DNA of 31,453 bases, from IMG/VR virus record IMGVR_UViG_3300027744_000074, positions 1-31,453 of that record. One strand, given 5' to 3'. The notes below the pieces were generated by a model that worked only from the letters and a program-made list of their open reading frames with translations, was not told the origin of the DNA and did not search any database. Origin of the DNA: a virus. Lineage: Duplodnaviria; Caudoviricetes. How positions within the stretch are numbered: the first letter of the stretch is position 1; every line of letters starts with the position of its first letter. The position numbers and the translations under genes are program-made. Positions 8,183-16,566 of the stretch are shown here, piece after piece.

Positions 8183-9981
8183 TGGCTGTAGACCCAGAAG
8201 ACACAAGGAAAAGAAACATCGCTAAAAATTCAGCAGCGATTAATATTGCACCCATCTCAACAGGCACCGCAGATTCTACAGAACGCTCAATAGTTAAAGC
8301 CACTCTTACTAACACCTTAAATGAACCTCCGCGTACTTCATTAGATAACCCACCTTTTATTTTTCCTGGTCCAACAATTAAAATTGCAACAACTAACCAA
8401 ACCTACAGACCTAAACGTGGTTACATACGTAGATTAAATGAGTTCTATTCAAAGATGGGACCTGAAGCAAAATCTATTACAGGACGCCGTTGTAACTTTC
8501 AATTTCAACCAGAAACAATAGTGCGCACTGTGGGAGCACAATCAACGGACACTCAATTCTTTTTTAATCAAGACCCGGCCCAACTTTCTGTTCCAATCCC
8601 AGGGCAATCAACCTACAACATAACATTAATGTTTAACCGAGAAGCAGAAGTGGCCTCTGGAAAATTTATACCTGGATCACTTGGCATCCTGTCTCAAAGC
8701 AAAAACCTTAGAAGCCCCAAGGAACTTGAATTTAATGTATCCAAATTTATTACTGGAGATTACCAACCAGAATGGGTTTGTAGTATTGGAGTTCTTGCAG
8801 ACATCATGGTGTTAGACGGGGTAATCGGTCAAGGAATTAGCACTGAGACTATTAATATTTTAAATACTATTAGTACTTCCCAAGCAGCGACCACGGCAAA
8901 AGACAGCACTGCAACGGCGGAAGAACAAAAACAAGCACAAGATGTCCTAGCTAAGGAAAATAAAAAGGTTGAATATTGGACGCAAGATGCCGCCACCAAC
9001 CCCAACTTAGGTAACACGGCGTTTTTGGTTCCTACACCAGTGCGCATAATGCTATCTAGCATGATGATGATTGAAGGCTTTATCACAAGTAGTTCTGTTA
9101 ACTTTCACAAATTTTCAAAAAACTACATTCCAACTCAATGCCGCGTTGATTTGACCGTTCAAGCTTTGTACATTGGCTTTGCTAAAGATCAAACAATGTT
9201 AACTCAAGACACTCCTTTATCTTTGAATAGTGGTGGTTCTGGACCTGACGAAGTAACCGTGGTGGAAAAAGATGGAACCATACTTAAAAACACACAAGCA
9301 GGAATAGATAATTTCTTTAAGACTTGTAAATTTAACGAAGACCTTATTCCAAAAAACGCTATTTTTCTTACAGGAACACAGGGGTTCACCAGTGGTGTTT
9401 TTCACAGTAATTTGTTAATGTCATTAACCTCCCCTGTTGGAGAAGAATTTTACAAACTGTACACCAGTGCTAATGGTGGAGAAGTTACTTGGTTTTGGGA
9501 AGCAAAAATTAAAATGTTTTGGCACTTTTTTGCTTTAGACCTACAAAATAATCGTGAGACAGGCGTTGTCAACGTCCCCGCTGGAGCTATGGGCCGAAAA
9601 GCTGTTCCGTCTGATTTTGAGACTGGTGGTCAATTATTTGACTTAAAAGAATGGGGTACTCCATCTTCTCCGCTAATTATAACGGCTTCAGGAGGAGGCT
9701 TTAAAGATGTAAACAACTTTGGGCGGCAAGATCGTTGGTGGCTACAAGGTGCCGAAGGTGACGTTGCACAAAACAAAGCTAAATGGACTTTTTCACCCCC
9801 AACGTCCCCTACGTACAAAAGACCATTTATTGAAGAAAAATTTCGTTTTCAATTAGAAGTAACAATCTCAGCAAAACGTTATGGTTCAGACTACGTTTCT
9901 AAACAAAAGTTTAAACTTGACCCAGAGCCTGTTGGCACCAACCACAGTATCTTTGGAGCAACAATGATTGCGACTACTTAA
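8182..9981 (+). CDS. Tail tube initiator / baseplate tube-like protein with C-terminal extension
   Basis: FQFQPETIVRT, ITLMFNRE and EGFITSSSVNFHKF...PTQCRVDLTV resemble CIS tube-initiator (Afp7/Pvc7-type) N-domain; follows tape measure. Confidence 0.6.
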   Translation: MAVDPEDTRKRNIAKNSAAINIAPISTGTADSTERSIVKATLTNTLNEPPRTSLDNPPFIFPGPTIKIATTNQTYRPKRGYIRRLNEFYSKMGPEAKSITGRRCNFQFQPETIVRTVGAQSTDTQFFFNQDPAQLSVPIPGQSTYNITLMFNREAEVASGKFIPGSLGILSQSKNLRSPKELEFNVSKFITGDYQPEWVCSIGVLADIMVLDGVIGQGISTETINILNTISTSQAATTAKDSTATAEEQKQAQDVLAKENKKVEYWTQDAATNPNLGNTAFLVPTPVRIMLSSMMMIEGFITSSSVNFHKFSKNYIPTQCRVDLTVQALYIGFAKDQTMLTQDTPLSLNSGGSGPDEVTVVEKDGTILKNTQAGIDNFFKTCKFNEDLIPKNAIFLTGTQGFTSGVFHSNLLMSLTSPVGEEFYKLYTSANGGEVTWFWEAKIKMFWHFFALDLQNNRETGVVNVPAGAMGRKAVPSDFETGGQLFDLKEWGTPSSPLIITASGGGFKDVNNFGRQDRWWLQGAEGDVAQNKAKWTFSPPTSPTYKRPFIEEKFRFQLEVTISAKRYGSDYVSKQKFKLDPEPVGTNHSIFGATMIATT

Positions 9982-9983
9982 CT

Positions 9984-10238
9984 ATGGCCATCTACTCAAC
10001 ATCCAGATACACCTTCAGCCAAGAACTACAAACCGACGGTAAAACTTTGGCTAAACGCAAACCCGCACAACAACTGGCTTACCAAATGTACATTGTGCGC
10101 CCAGGAGATACCTTTGAAGGACTAGCTGCCAAAATCTATGGAGACAGTTCCCAACATTGGCGTTTATTGGATTTAAATCCAGAAATAGAGTTTTCATTAG
10201 ATCTAGCACCTAATGACAAAATAAGAATTCCTGTATGA
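9984..10238 (+). CDS. LysM / P2 gpX-like baseplate protein
   Basis: YIVRPGDTFEGLAAKIYGDSSQHWRLLDLNP...IRIP LysM/tail-X signature. Confidence 0.88.
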   Translation: MAIYSTSRYTFSQELQTDGKTLAKRKPAQQLAYQMYIVRPGDTFEGLAAKIYGDSSQHWRLLDLNPEIEFSLDLAPNDKIRIPV

Positions 10239-11398
10239 TTTTTTCAAATGCGTTTCCCGAAGTGCCTGTTTTAGATGTAACTGTGGTTGGTGGGGAAGTT
10301 CCCCCATCTCAAATTGCAGTTGTAGATTTAACTTTTTCTGAAAACAAACACGACATTGCAACAATAACTTACGCAGGCTTTCCTGGGGTAGCAGTTACTT
10401 CGTATGTTGGTCTCCCAGTTAGGATTATGTTTGGCAACAACGAATCCAATTTAGTAGATTTTGTTGGGTATGTTGCCTATGTAGAAATTGAAGCCAATAC
10501 CAGAATGGGAATTACTAACGGGTCTTTAATTCAAATGGCTAAAGTAGTTTGCTTTGGCAGTAGCTACCAAATGAAGACTGTGCGAAGTACTGTTTACACC
10601 AACAAAACTATCAAACAAATTGTTGAAATCTTTGCAAACAAATATGGACTTTCATATTCTGTTCCTAACAACAGTTATGTTTTTGATACTTTAAGCCAAA
10701 ATCAAAAAAGCGATTGGGAAATGTTAATAACCGCCTGCAGCAAATTAGGTTATTCGGTAACTACGCACGGAACGCACATAACAGTTTACGATGATTATTC
10801 GTCATATTACCGCGGGTTGCCTGAAACAGTTTTATACACATTAGAAGACAGTAAAGGAACCGAACGGCGAGCAGGAAACATTTATGAATTTAAAGGATTT
10901 TTTGGAGATGTTACCCCTCATGGACAAAGTTCTGCTTACGTCTTTAACTCACTAGACAACCTTGGAAAAGAAAACACCTACACCTCGGTTGAAAACAGCG
11001 CCAGCGGTTTGGGATCTAAGTTGGCTGCAAGGTTCACGCATCAAATTACAACAAACACTGTTTCTAAAAACGATTTAGAACAAGCTTTACGGCAGTACAC
11101 AAGAAAAACATACCCAATGACGGCTACAGCCACAGTTATAGGTGTGTCTTCAGCTATGCCGGGGCGTTTAGCAAAAGTGCAATCTTACAATTCAGCTTTT
11201 GACGGCTACTGGATTATTGAAGAAGCTCGTCATGAGATTAACTCTAAACATTACATTACAACACTTAAACTAAAAACCGACTCAACTAATGGATCTGGTT
11301 TATCTTCTGGTAAAGGGTTTGGGTATATGCTTCCCCCGTCTTCTCGCTTGTCAAACAACCTTTGGCAAACTGAAAGGGAGTTAGCCAATGTTTACTAA
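10235..11398 (+). CDS. Baseplate hub (gp27 / P2 gpD / VgrG N-like)
   Basis: QNQKSDWEML, PGRLAKV...FDGYWIIEEARHEI motifs; 387 aa; position after LysM. Confidence 0.8.
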   Translation: MIFSNAFPEVPVLDVTVVGGEVPPSQIAVVDLTFSENKHDIATITYAGFPGVAVTSYVGLPVRIMFGNNESNLVDFVGYVAYVEIEANTRMGITNGSLIQMAKVVCFGSSYQMKTVRSTVYTNKTIKQIVEIFANKYGLSYSVPNNSYVFDTLSQNQKSDWEMLITACSKLGYSVTTHGTHITVYDDYSSYYRGLPETVLYTLEDSKGTERRAGNIYEFKGFFGDVTPHGQSSAYVFNSLDNLGKENTYTSVENSASGLGSKLAARFTHQITTNTVSKNDLEQALRQYTRKTYPMTATATVIGVSSAMPGRLAKVQSYNSAFDGYWIIEEARHEINSKHYITTLKLKTDSTNGSGLSSGKGFGYMLPPSSRLSNNLWQTERELANVY

Positions 11399-11678
11399 TT
11401 CTCTAATTAATAGGGCTGTTGTGTCTTATTCTAGCGAAGACACAGGCCAAATTAAAGTACGAATACCGTCTAAATTTGAATCCAACGTTGTTTTAGATGT
11501 ATCATTTATTGGTAGAAAACCAAACCAAGCAACCAACGTTTGGTCCGTTCCAGCGGTTGGAGAACAAGTTGTTGTAGCAACTGACGGCGATGACTACGCA
11601 AATGTGTTTATTCTTAACGTTAACCCAAGTAGTTCTGTAGATAATGACCAGGTCATTTTTTCAGGGCAAATATTCTAA
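11388..11678 (+). CDS. Short baseplate spike protein (gp5/gpV OB-fold only)
   Basis: GQIKVRIP and WSVPAVGEQVVVA OB-fold motifs; GAAAGGGAG SD; only 96 aa. Confidence 0.75.
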   Translation: MFTNSLINRAVVSYSSEDTGQIKVRIPSKFESNVVLDVSFIGRKPNQATNVWSVPAVGEQVVVATDGDDYANVFILNVNPSSSVDNDQVIFSGQIF

Positions 11679-11694
11679 GCATAGGTGTGAAATT

Positions 11695-12090
11695 ATGTCA
11701 ATGTTAAAAGTTCCTTTAGAGATATCTCCGTCAGGAGGTCTTACTCGTTTGGACACGTTAGAAAAAAAGGTAAAACAAAAAATTGTAGATTACTTAAGCA
11801 CATCTACGTTTGAGCACGCTATGTCTCCGGCGTACGGGGCAAATACTAATGCTTTAATTTTTGAAAACTACGATTCTTTGTTTTTTGAAGAATTTAAGCT
11901 AGATGCTTTAGACGGGCTACGGCAACACGTTTCTGGAGTTCAAATTTTAGATTTAAGGTTAACCCCCACTGAAACAGCCACGGGTTTTTCTACTGTTACT
12001 CTTAGCGTAGATTATGTAATACCAACTTTTGGAAAGCAACAAGTGACTCTTGATATTTTTACACCAACAGACATTAGCGAGGACTTTTAA
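11695..12090 (+). CDS. Baseplate wedge gp25 / gpW-like protein
   Basis: LSTSTFEHAMSPAYGAN...LIFE corresponds to the gp25 T..GER.M.P.YG motif; AGGTG SD before ATG 11695. Confidence 0.8.
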   Translation: MSMLKVPLEISPSGGLTRLDTLEKKVKQKIVDYLSTSTFEHAMSPAYGANTNALIFENYDSLFFEEFKLDALDGLRQHVSGVQILDLRLTPTETATGFSTVTLSVDYVIPTFGKQQVTLDIFTPTDISEDF

Positions 12091-12092
12091 CT

Positions 12093-13898
12093 ATGGCCGC
12101 ATTTGATTACACCAGCAGAGACTACAACTCTATCCGCGCCGATTTACTCGCAAGAGCATCTGAAGTTTTGCCCGAATGGACATCTCGTGACAGTTCGGAT
12201 TTTGGTATTTTGTTTGTTGACCTAGTTGCATACATGGGAGATATCTTTCATTATTATTTAGACGAAGCAGCAAAAGAATCTTTTCTAGACACAGCAACCC
12301 GTCGGTCATCGTTATTGGCTATCGCAAGTCTTTTGGACTATCTGCCTCACGGAAGAACTCCTGCTAAAACCAGCATTACTTTAAATGCAGCGGCATCAGT
12401 AGCAACTAACGCTGTTCCAATTTTAATTCCCGCTAACACAAAGTTTGTTGCTCGTCCATTAATTAGCACCGCCGAAGACGTTGTGTTTACATCAAACACT
12501 TCTATTGCGTTTAATGCAGATGGTACAGCTATTAATGGGTACACAACTTACCCTAAAGCAACTGTTGCAACACTACAAGTAACTGAAGGAGAATTGTTTA
12601 CTGAAACTTTTACTAGCAACGGTGCTCTTTCTCAAAAGTTTACGTTAGCAAAATTAGGTGTAGTTGTAGATTCAATTACAGTAAGCGTTGCAGAAGGCCT
12701 TAATGGAGCAGCCGTTTCTTATGGACGAGTTGATCGTTTTATAGAAAGCACAAGTTCAGATTTGGTTTTTACTGCACGAATAAAAGCTACTGACGAAATA
12801 GAACTTAGTTTTGGTAATGCAATCCACGGAAAAATTCCAACAACAAACGCAATAGTTACCATTGACTACCGTAGAAGTCGGGGTACCGCGGGGAACGTTG
12901 AAGCAAACTCTGTTAACGCGTTTGCTTCACTTACTAACGCATTTGGACCCGCATATGATGGCATAGTAATTACACCAAACGCCACCAGAGCTTTTGGTGG
13001 TTCAGATTCTGAAAGCATTGCATCGTTAAAAAACAACATCCCAACATCATTTAGGTCACAAGATAGAGCCGTGTCTTTGTCCGATTACGAAGAGTTAACC
13101 TTGCGCGTTCCAGGAATAGTTAAAGCAAAATCTGAAGTTGTAGCATCTGCAACTGCCAAACAGGGTGTAATTACTAACAAAGCCAAAAGCTCAACAGTGG
13201 CTACACTAACCACAAGTGCTGCCCACGGATTGTCTGTTGGCGAATATGTTGCAATTTTTGGTGTTGACGATACTTTTGATGGAACTTACGCTGTCGCAAG
13301 CACACCTACTTCTACAACGTTTACTTATAGCCGTACAGGTTCTACCGTTTCATCCGTTGCTGTTACAACAACTGCAACATTTAAAAATGCTCAAGTTAAA
13401 CTTTATGCTTTGATTACTCCTGATGTTTACGACGGACTATTGACGTCCAACCCCACAACTAGCCCCCTTACGTTAGACACTCACGCAAGAGATCTTGTCT
13501 ACGAATATATTTCTCCCAGAGAAATTGTTGGAGTTAATTCTGTTGTAATGCCTTCAGTGGCTTTGTCTTCTGCCAAAATTACGTGTGCGGTTTCCGTACT
13601 AACCAACTTTGTTCAAACAAGCACACAAGAAGCAGTTCAAGACGCAATTAAAGAATTGTTTGTTTTTGACAAAGTTTTCTTTGGGCAAACCATAACACTA
13701 GGAGCGTTGTATAGAACAATTCTGGCAGTACCCGGTGTGGACTACGTAAACATAACAAAATTTACAACTGGAAGCAGCGCGGTTATAGACACAGCAAGCC
13801 TTAGCCCCAATGTTCAAGGTGTTCAAGCATCTGCAAATGCGTTATTGTTACTAACAGAATTAACAGTTAACGTCACTGGTGGAATTGCCTCCGTCTAA
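12093..13898 (+). CDS. Baseplate wedge protein J / gp6-like
   Basis: DYTSRDYNSIR, PEWT...SDFG, ESFLDTATRRSS, FGNAIHGKIP, GGSDSES, QDRAVSLSDYE. Confidence 0.92.
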   Translation: MAAFDYTSRDYNSIRADLLARASEVLPEWTSRDSSDFGILFVDLVAYMGDIFHYYLDEAAKESFLDTATRRSSLLAIASLLDYLPHGRTPAKTSITLNAAASVATNAVPILIPANTKFVARPLISTAEDVVFTSNTSIAFNADGTAINGYTTYPKATVATLQVTEGELFTETFTSNGALSQKFTLAKLGVVVDSITVSVAEGLNGAAVSYGRVDRFIESTSSDLVFTARIKATDEIELSFGNAIHGKIPTTNAIVTIDYRRSRGTAGNVEANSVNAFASLTNAFGPAYDGIVITPNATRAFGGSDSESIASLKNNIPTSFRSQDRAVSLSDYEELTLRVPGIVKAKSEVVASATAKQGVITNKAKSSTVATLTTSAAHGLSVGEYVAIFGVDDTFDGTYAVASTPTSTTFTYSRTGSTVSSVAVTTTATFKNAQVKLYALITPDVYDGLLTSNPTTSPLTLDTHARDLVYEYISPREIVGVNSVVMPSVALSSAKITCAVSVLTNFVQTSTQEAVQDAIKELFVFDKVFFGQTITLGALYRTILAVPGVDYVNITKFTTGSSAVIDTASLSPNVQGVQASANALLLLTELTVNVTGGIASV

Positions 13899-15532
13899 TG
13901 GCTTTTAAATCTTTTAGAGTTCGTCGCGTTGACCTAGTCGCAAGTCCAGACGCTAACCCCTTTGGCTCTTACGTTCGTGGTACAGACACGGATGCACCTG
14001 CTGGGCTAACAAGGTCTGATGCTGATAGTGCTCTGCGAGCTGACGGGTTTATTGCAGCAATACCCGCTTTTACAAACGCGCAATTTAATGCAACAGCAAC
14101 AACATATTCTTCTGTTAATTTAAGCTGGTCTCCTTTTGAGTTAAAAAACCCCAGCACCAATGCCGTTGGTGTTTCTAACATTCAATCAGTTGTAGTTGTC
14201 TACTCATCTACTGGCGCACCAGAAACTGTTGCCGATGGCGTTATTGTTAAAACCCAAGCGTACAACGATACAACATATGCTGTCTCGCACCAAAGTGTTC
14301 CAACTGGTAAATGGGCGTACTATTCATTATTTTTGTATTGGAATCAAAGTGGTGTTGGTGCGTCTGGAGTAAACTGGTATGAAAGAGTTGCAACATTACA
14401 AGAGTTAGTGCCAAAAGATTACGGGTTAACAGATCAGTTGTGGGATCGCATTCCTGCTTACTACCGAATAGCCGATACTGCAGGAGCAACAACTGACCCA
14501 TCTGGATTGTCTCGTGGGTACCTGTATCGTTTTTTTGACATTTTTGGTTTTGAATTTAACAAGACAAGAACTTTGTTGCAATCGGTTATTTCTCAATATG
14601 ACCCTGAAGAAACAGAAACAGAAAGTATTGAGCAACTGTCTAAATTGGTGGGGCTAGAAGTAACCCCACAAGATGTTGGAACATCACGAATTAGAGAAAT
14701 TATTAAAGACATTACGTATTACCGACAACGTAAAGGAACTCTAGATGCGTTCAAACAATACCTTGTGGCGCTCACGGGTTCACGAGTTGATGTTGTTGAA
14801 TCAACAGCCAATCCTCGTTACACTTTTAGAGTACACGCTGAACGAGCAAACCTTGTAGCTGACTCTTTGTTTGTTATTACGTCTGGTTCTAAAAAATGGA
14901 GTTTATCAACTGAAAGCGGTTCCATCACCCAATCAAAAACAAATGAGTATATTACTGTCACTAACTCAGGCGGTACGTCAGGACAATTTGCTCTCGTGTC
15001 TAAAGTTGCTGTGCCTTCAGAAGCAGGAACCCAATACTGGTCTTCTGTGCAACTTACGGGATCTGGAACGATACGTGGTGCTCAATGGGCTTCGGCAGAT
15101 ACAGCTTGGTCAAATTGGGCTACAACTAGCCAAAGTTCTCAAGTGCTTCCGACTAACCTAAGCCCCACTGGTAGAAAAGTAATTTTAAAACCAACACTAA
15201 GCACCACCGACACAAGATATCCAGTTCTTATTTTTGATTTACCAGCCGGTACATCTACCGTTATTTCTAGGTGGATGGTTGAGCCAAACATTTACGGAAG
15301 TTTCTTTAACGGAGATAGCGTGTTTGGTGGGTTCGTTTATCAAAACAATAAAGCAGACTATGGGTGGAATGGTAGTCAGTATGCTTCGTATTCTACGTAT
15401 TCTACAAACCGAACAAAAATTCAAGAAACTATTTTGGATTTGTTGCCAAAGCTACTGCCAGTCACTATGCTTATAGATGTAGCAACAACTTTAGGTACCA
15501 CTGAATTTGATTGGATTCCAGGAAAAACATGA
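13898..15532 (+). CDS. Baseplate wedge / P2 gpI-like tail protein with additional beta domains
   Basis: LWDRIPAYYRIAD...LYRFFDIFG and YYRQRKGTLDAFK tail-I motifs; follows J. Confidence 0.75.
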   Translation: MAFKSFRVRRVDLVASPDANPFGSYVRGTDTDAPAGLTRSDADSALRADGFIAAIPAFTNAQFNATATTYSSVNLSWSPFELKNPSTNAVGVSNIQSVVVVYSSTGAPETVADGVIVKTQAYNDTTYAVSHQSVPTGKWAYYSLFLYWNQSGVGASGVNWYERVATLQELVPKDYGLTDQLWDRIPAYYRIADTAGATTDPSGLSRGYLYRFFDIFGFEFNKTRTLLQSVISQYDPEETETESIEQLSKLVGLEVTPQDVGTSRIREIIKDITYYRQRKGTLDAFKQYLVALTGSRVDVVESTANPRYTFRVHAERANLVADSLFVITSGSKKWSLSTESGSITQSKTNEYITVTNSGGTSGQFALVSKVAVPSEAGTQYWSSVQLTGSGTIRGAQWASADTAWSNWATTSQSSQVLPTNLSPTGRKVILKPTLSTTDTRYPVLIFDLPAGTSTVISRWMVEPNIYGSFFNGDSVFGGFVYQNNKADYGWNGSQYASYSTYSTNRTKIQETILDLLPKLLPVTMLIDVATTLGTTEFDWIPGKT

Positions 15533-15783
15533 ACTATATAATTTGTGCACTAGCCGTTTACAAACTGTTACAAATAATTGATTTGCTTTTACCAAAAGAA
15601 GCGATGCCTTGGGTAAAAGTTTTAGCTGGGGTTATCGTTTCGTATGGTGCTTCGTTCATTATTAGCGCAGACAATATTTGGTTGGGCGGTTTAGTTATTG
15701 CAACACTTGCTGGTGTCTGCCACACAGTGCTACGCTGTCTGACTTATCTAGGAGATATGGCACATCACAAGTCTTTAAAGTAG
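15529..15783 (+). CDS. Small membrane protein, holin-like
   Basis: ATGA overlap with upstream stop; 84 aa with about 3 hydrophobic segments and basic C-terminus; end of tail module. Confidence 0.55.
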   Translation: MNYIICALAVYKLLQIIDLLLPKEAMPWVKVLAGVIVSYGASFIISADNIWLGGLVIATLAGVCHTVLRCLTYLGDMAHHKSLK

Positions 15784-15792
15784 GAGGACAAC

Positions 15793-16416
15793 ATGCAGAA
15801 GTCTAGGTACTACCTCATTGCAGGCACGGGTAACGCAAGTGCGAATGTAATTGAAACTGGTTTAAATGATGTGGCATTGACCACAAAAGAGTTCATAATT
15901 CTATGGACAGGTAAACCAACCGATGGTCAAAGTAGGGTTTACGATTGGCTTATAGAGCATTCAGCGTCGTTTACCGTAGTTCATTCTGACACCAAGGTTC
16001 ACCATCTTGTTGAGGGTGCCGCAAACCGAGTTGTAGAAGTAAAAAATCTTGTTGAGGATAGTTTGGACAGTTACCCAGAAGCCACAGTACTTGTTTTGTG
16101 GGACGAAATTGCCACCCTAAATCAACCTACACAATTTGTAGAAGACATTGTTCTTACGGCTAATCAAAAAGGTATGGAGACTTTAGACCTGTGTAATGGT
16201 TTAGTACCCCTAACAGTTGGGGAACCTATTGAAGATACGCCCTCAGAGGCCTCTAGGAAGCCCCAGGATGCGTCAAAAACAAGTACCCTTCCCCCTACAC
16301 GAGAACCTAACATAGACCTCTTTAAAAGCACTTGGGTGCTTACTGAGATAAATGGCGAACAGGCTAAAACTGTATTTGGAGACAAGACAACTATTTTGGA
16401 GTATCTATCCAAGTAG
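15793..16416 (+). CDS. Hypothetical alpha/beta protein (possibly SLOG/YspA-like fold)
   Basis: TAGGAGG SD; N-terminal beta-strand + Gly loop (YYLIAGTGNA) then alternating alpha/beta; fold call is weak. Confidence 0.4.
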   Translation: MQKSRYYLIAGTGNASANVIETGLNDVALTTKEFIILWTGKPTDGQSRVYDWLIEHSASFTVVHSDTKVHHLVEGAANRVVEVKNLVEDSLDSYPEATVLVLWDEIATLNQPTQFVEDIVLTANQKGMETLDLCNGLVPLTVGEPIEDTPSEASRKPQDASKTSTLPPTREPNIDLFKSTWVLTEINGEQAKTVFGDKTTILEYLSK

Positions 16417-16526
16417 TTCACGGCAAGAGCGTCGGTAAGAAGGGAAACCAACGCCCCTGCCACAAAGTGAACCTCGCGCAGTTAAATTAACTCGCGATAA
16501 ACAACGGGAGAAGGGAACCGTTGTTT
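16416..16526 (-). ncRNA. Putative antisense small RNA with three stem-loops
   Basis: Stems 16499-16507/16518-16526, 16474-16497 and 16422-16435/16448-16461 (extended by 16416-21/16467-72). The three mismatches of the long stem become G-U pairs only on the minus strand; two loops share UUCCCUUCU. Confidence 0.65.
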
Positions 16527-16532
16527 GAGTAA

Positions 16533-16562
16533 AGCATAACATGAACAACAGAGAGGATGCAA
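16533..16562 (-). promoter_or_regulatory. Minus-strand promoter for the putative sRNA
   Basis: On the - strand: TTGCAT (16562-16557), 18-nt spacer, TG-T-TATGCT (16541-16533); +1 falls at about 16526, the first base of the 5' hairpin. Confidence 0.55.
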
Positions 16563-16566
16563 CTAT

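Noticed and set aside
1615-15532. Stand-alone bacterial eCIS/tailocin locus
   Set aside because: Contiguous with neck genes and a phage replisome; no Afp15-like ATPase or toxin cargo seen.
16239-16254. Short GC palindromes (GCCTCAGAGGC, GAGGCCTC) in 15793..16416
   Set aside because: Short, within coding sequence and compatible with chance.
16416-16526. Hairpins as a simple + strand intrinsic terminator or a tRNA
   Set aside because: No U-tract follows the long stem on +, that stem has three A-C mismatches on +, and there is no cloverleaf or T-loop motif. A weak terminator role for the 16499-16526 hairpin cannot be excluded.
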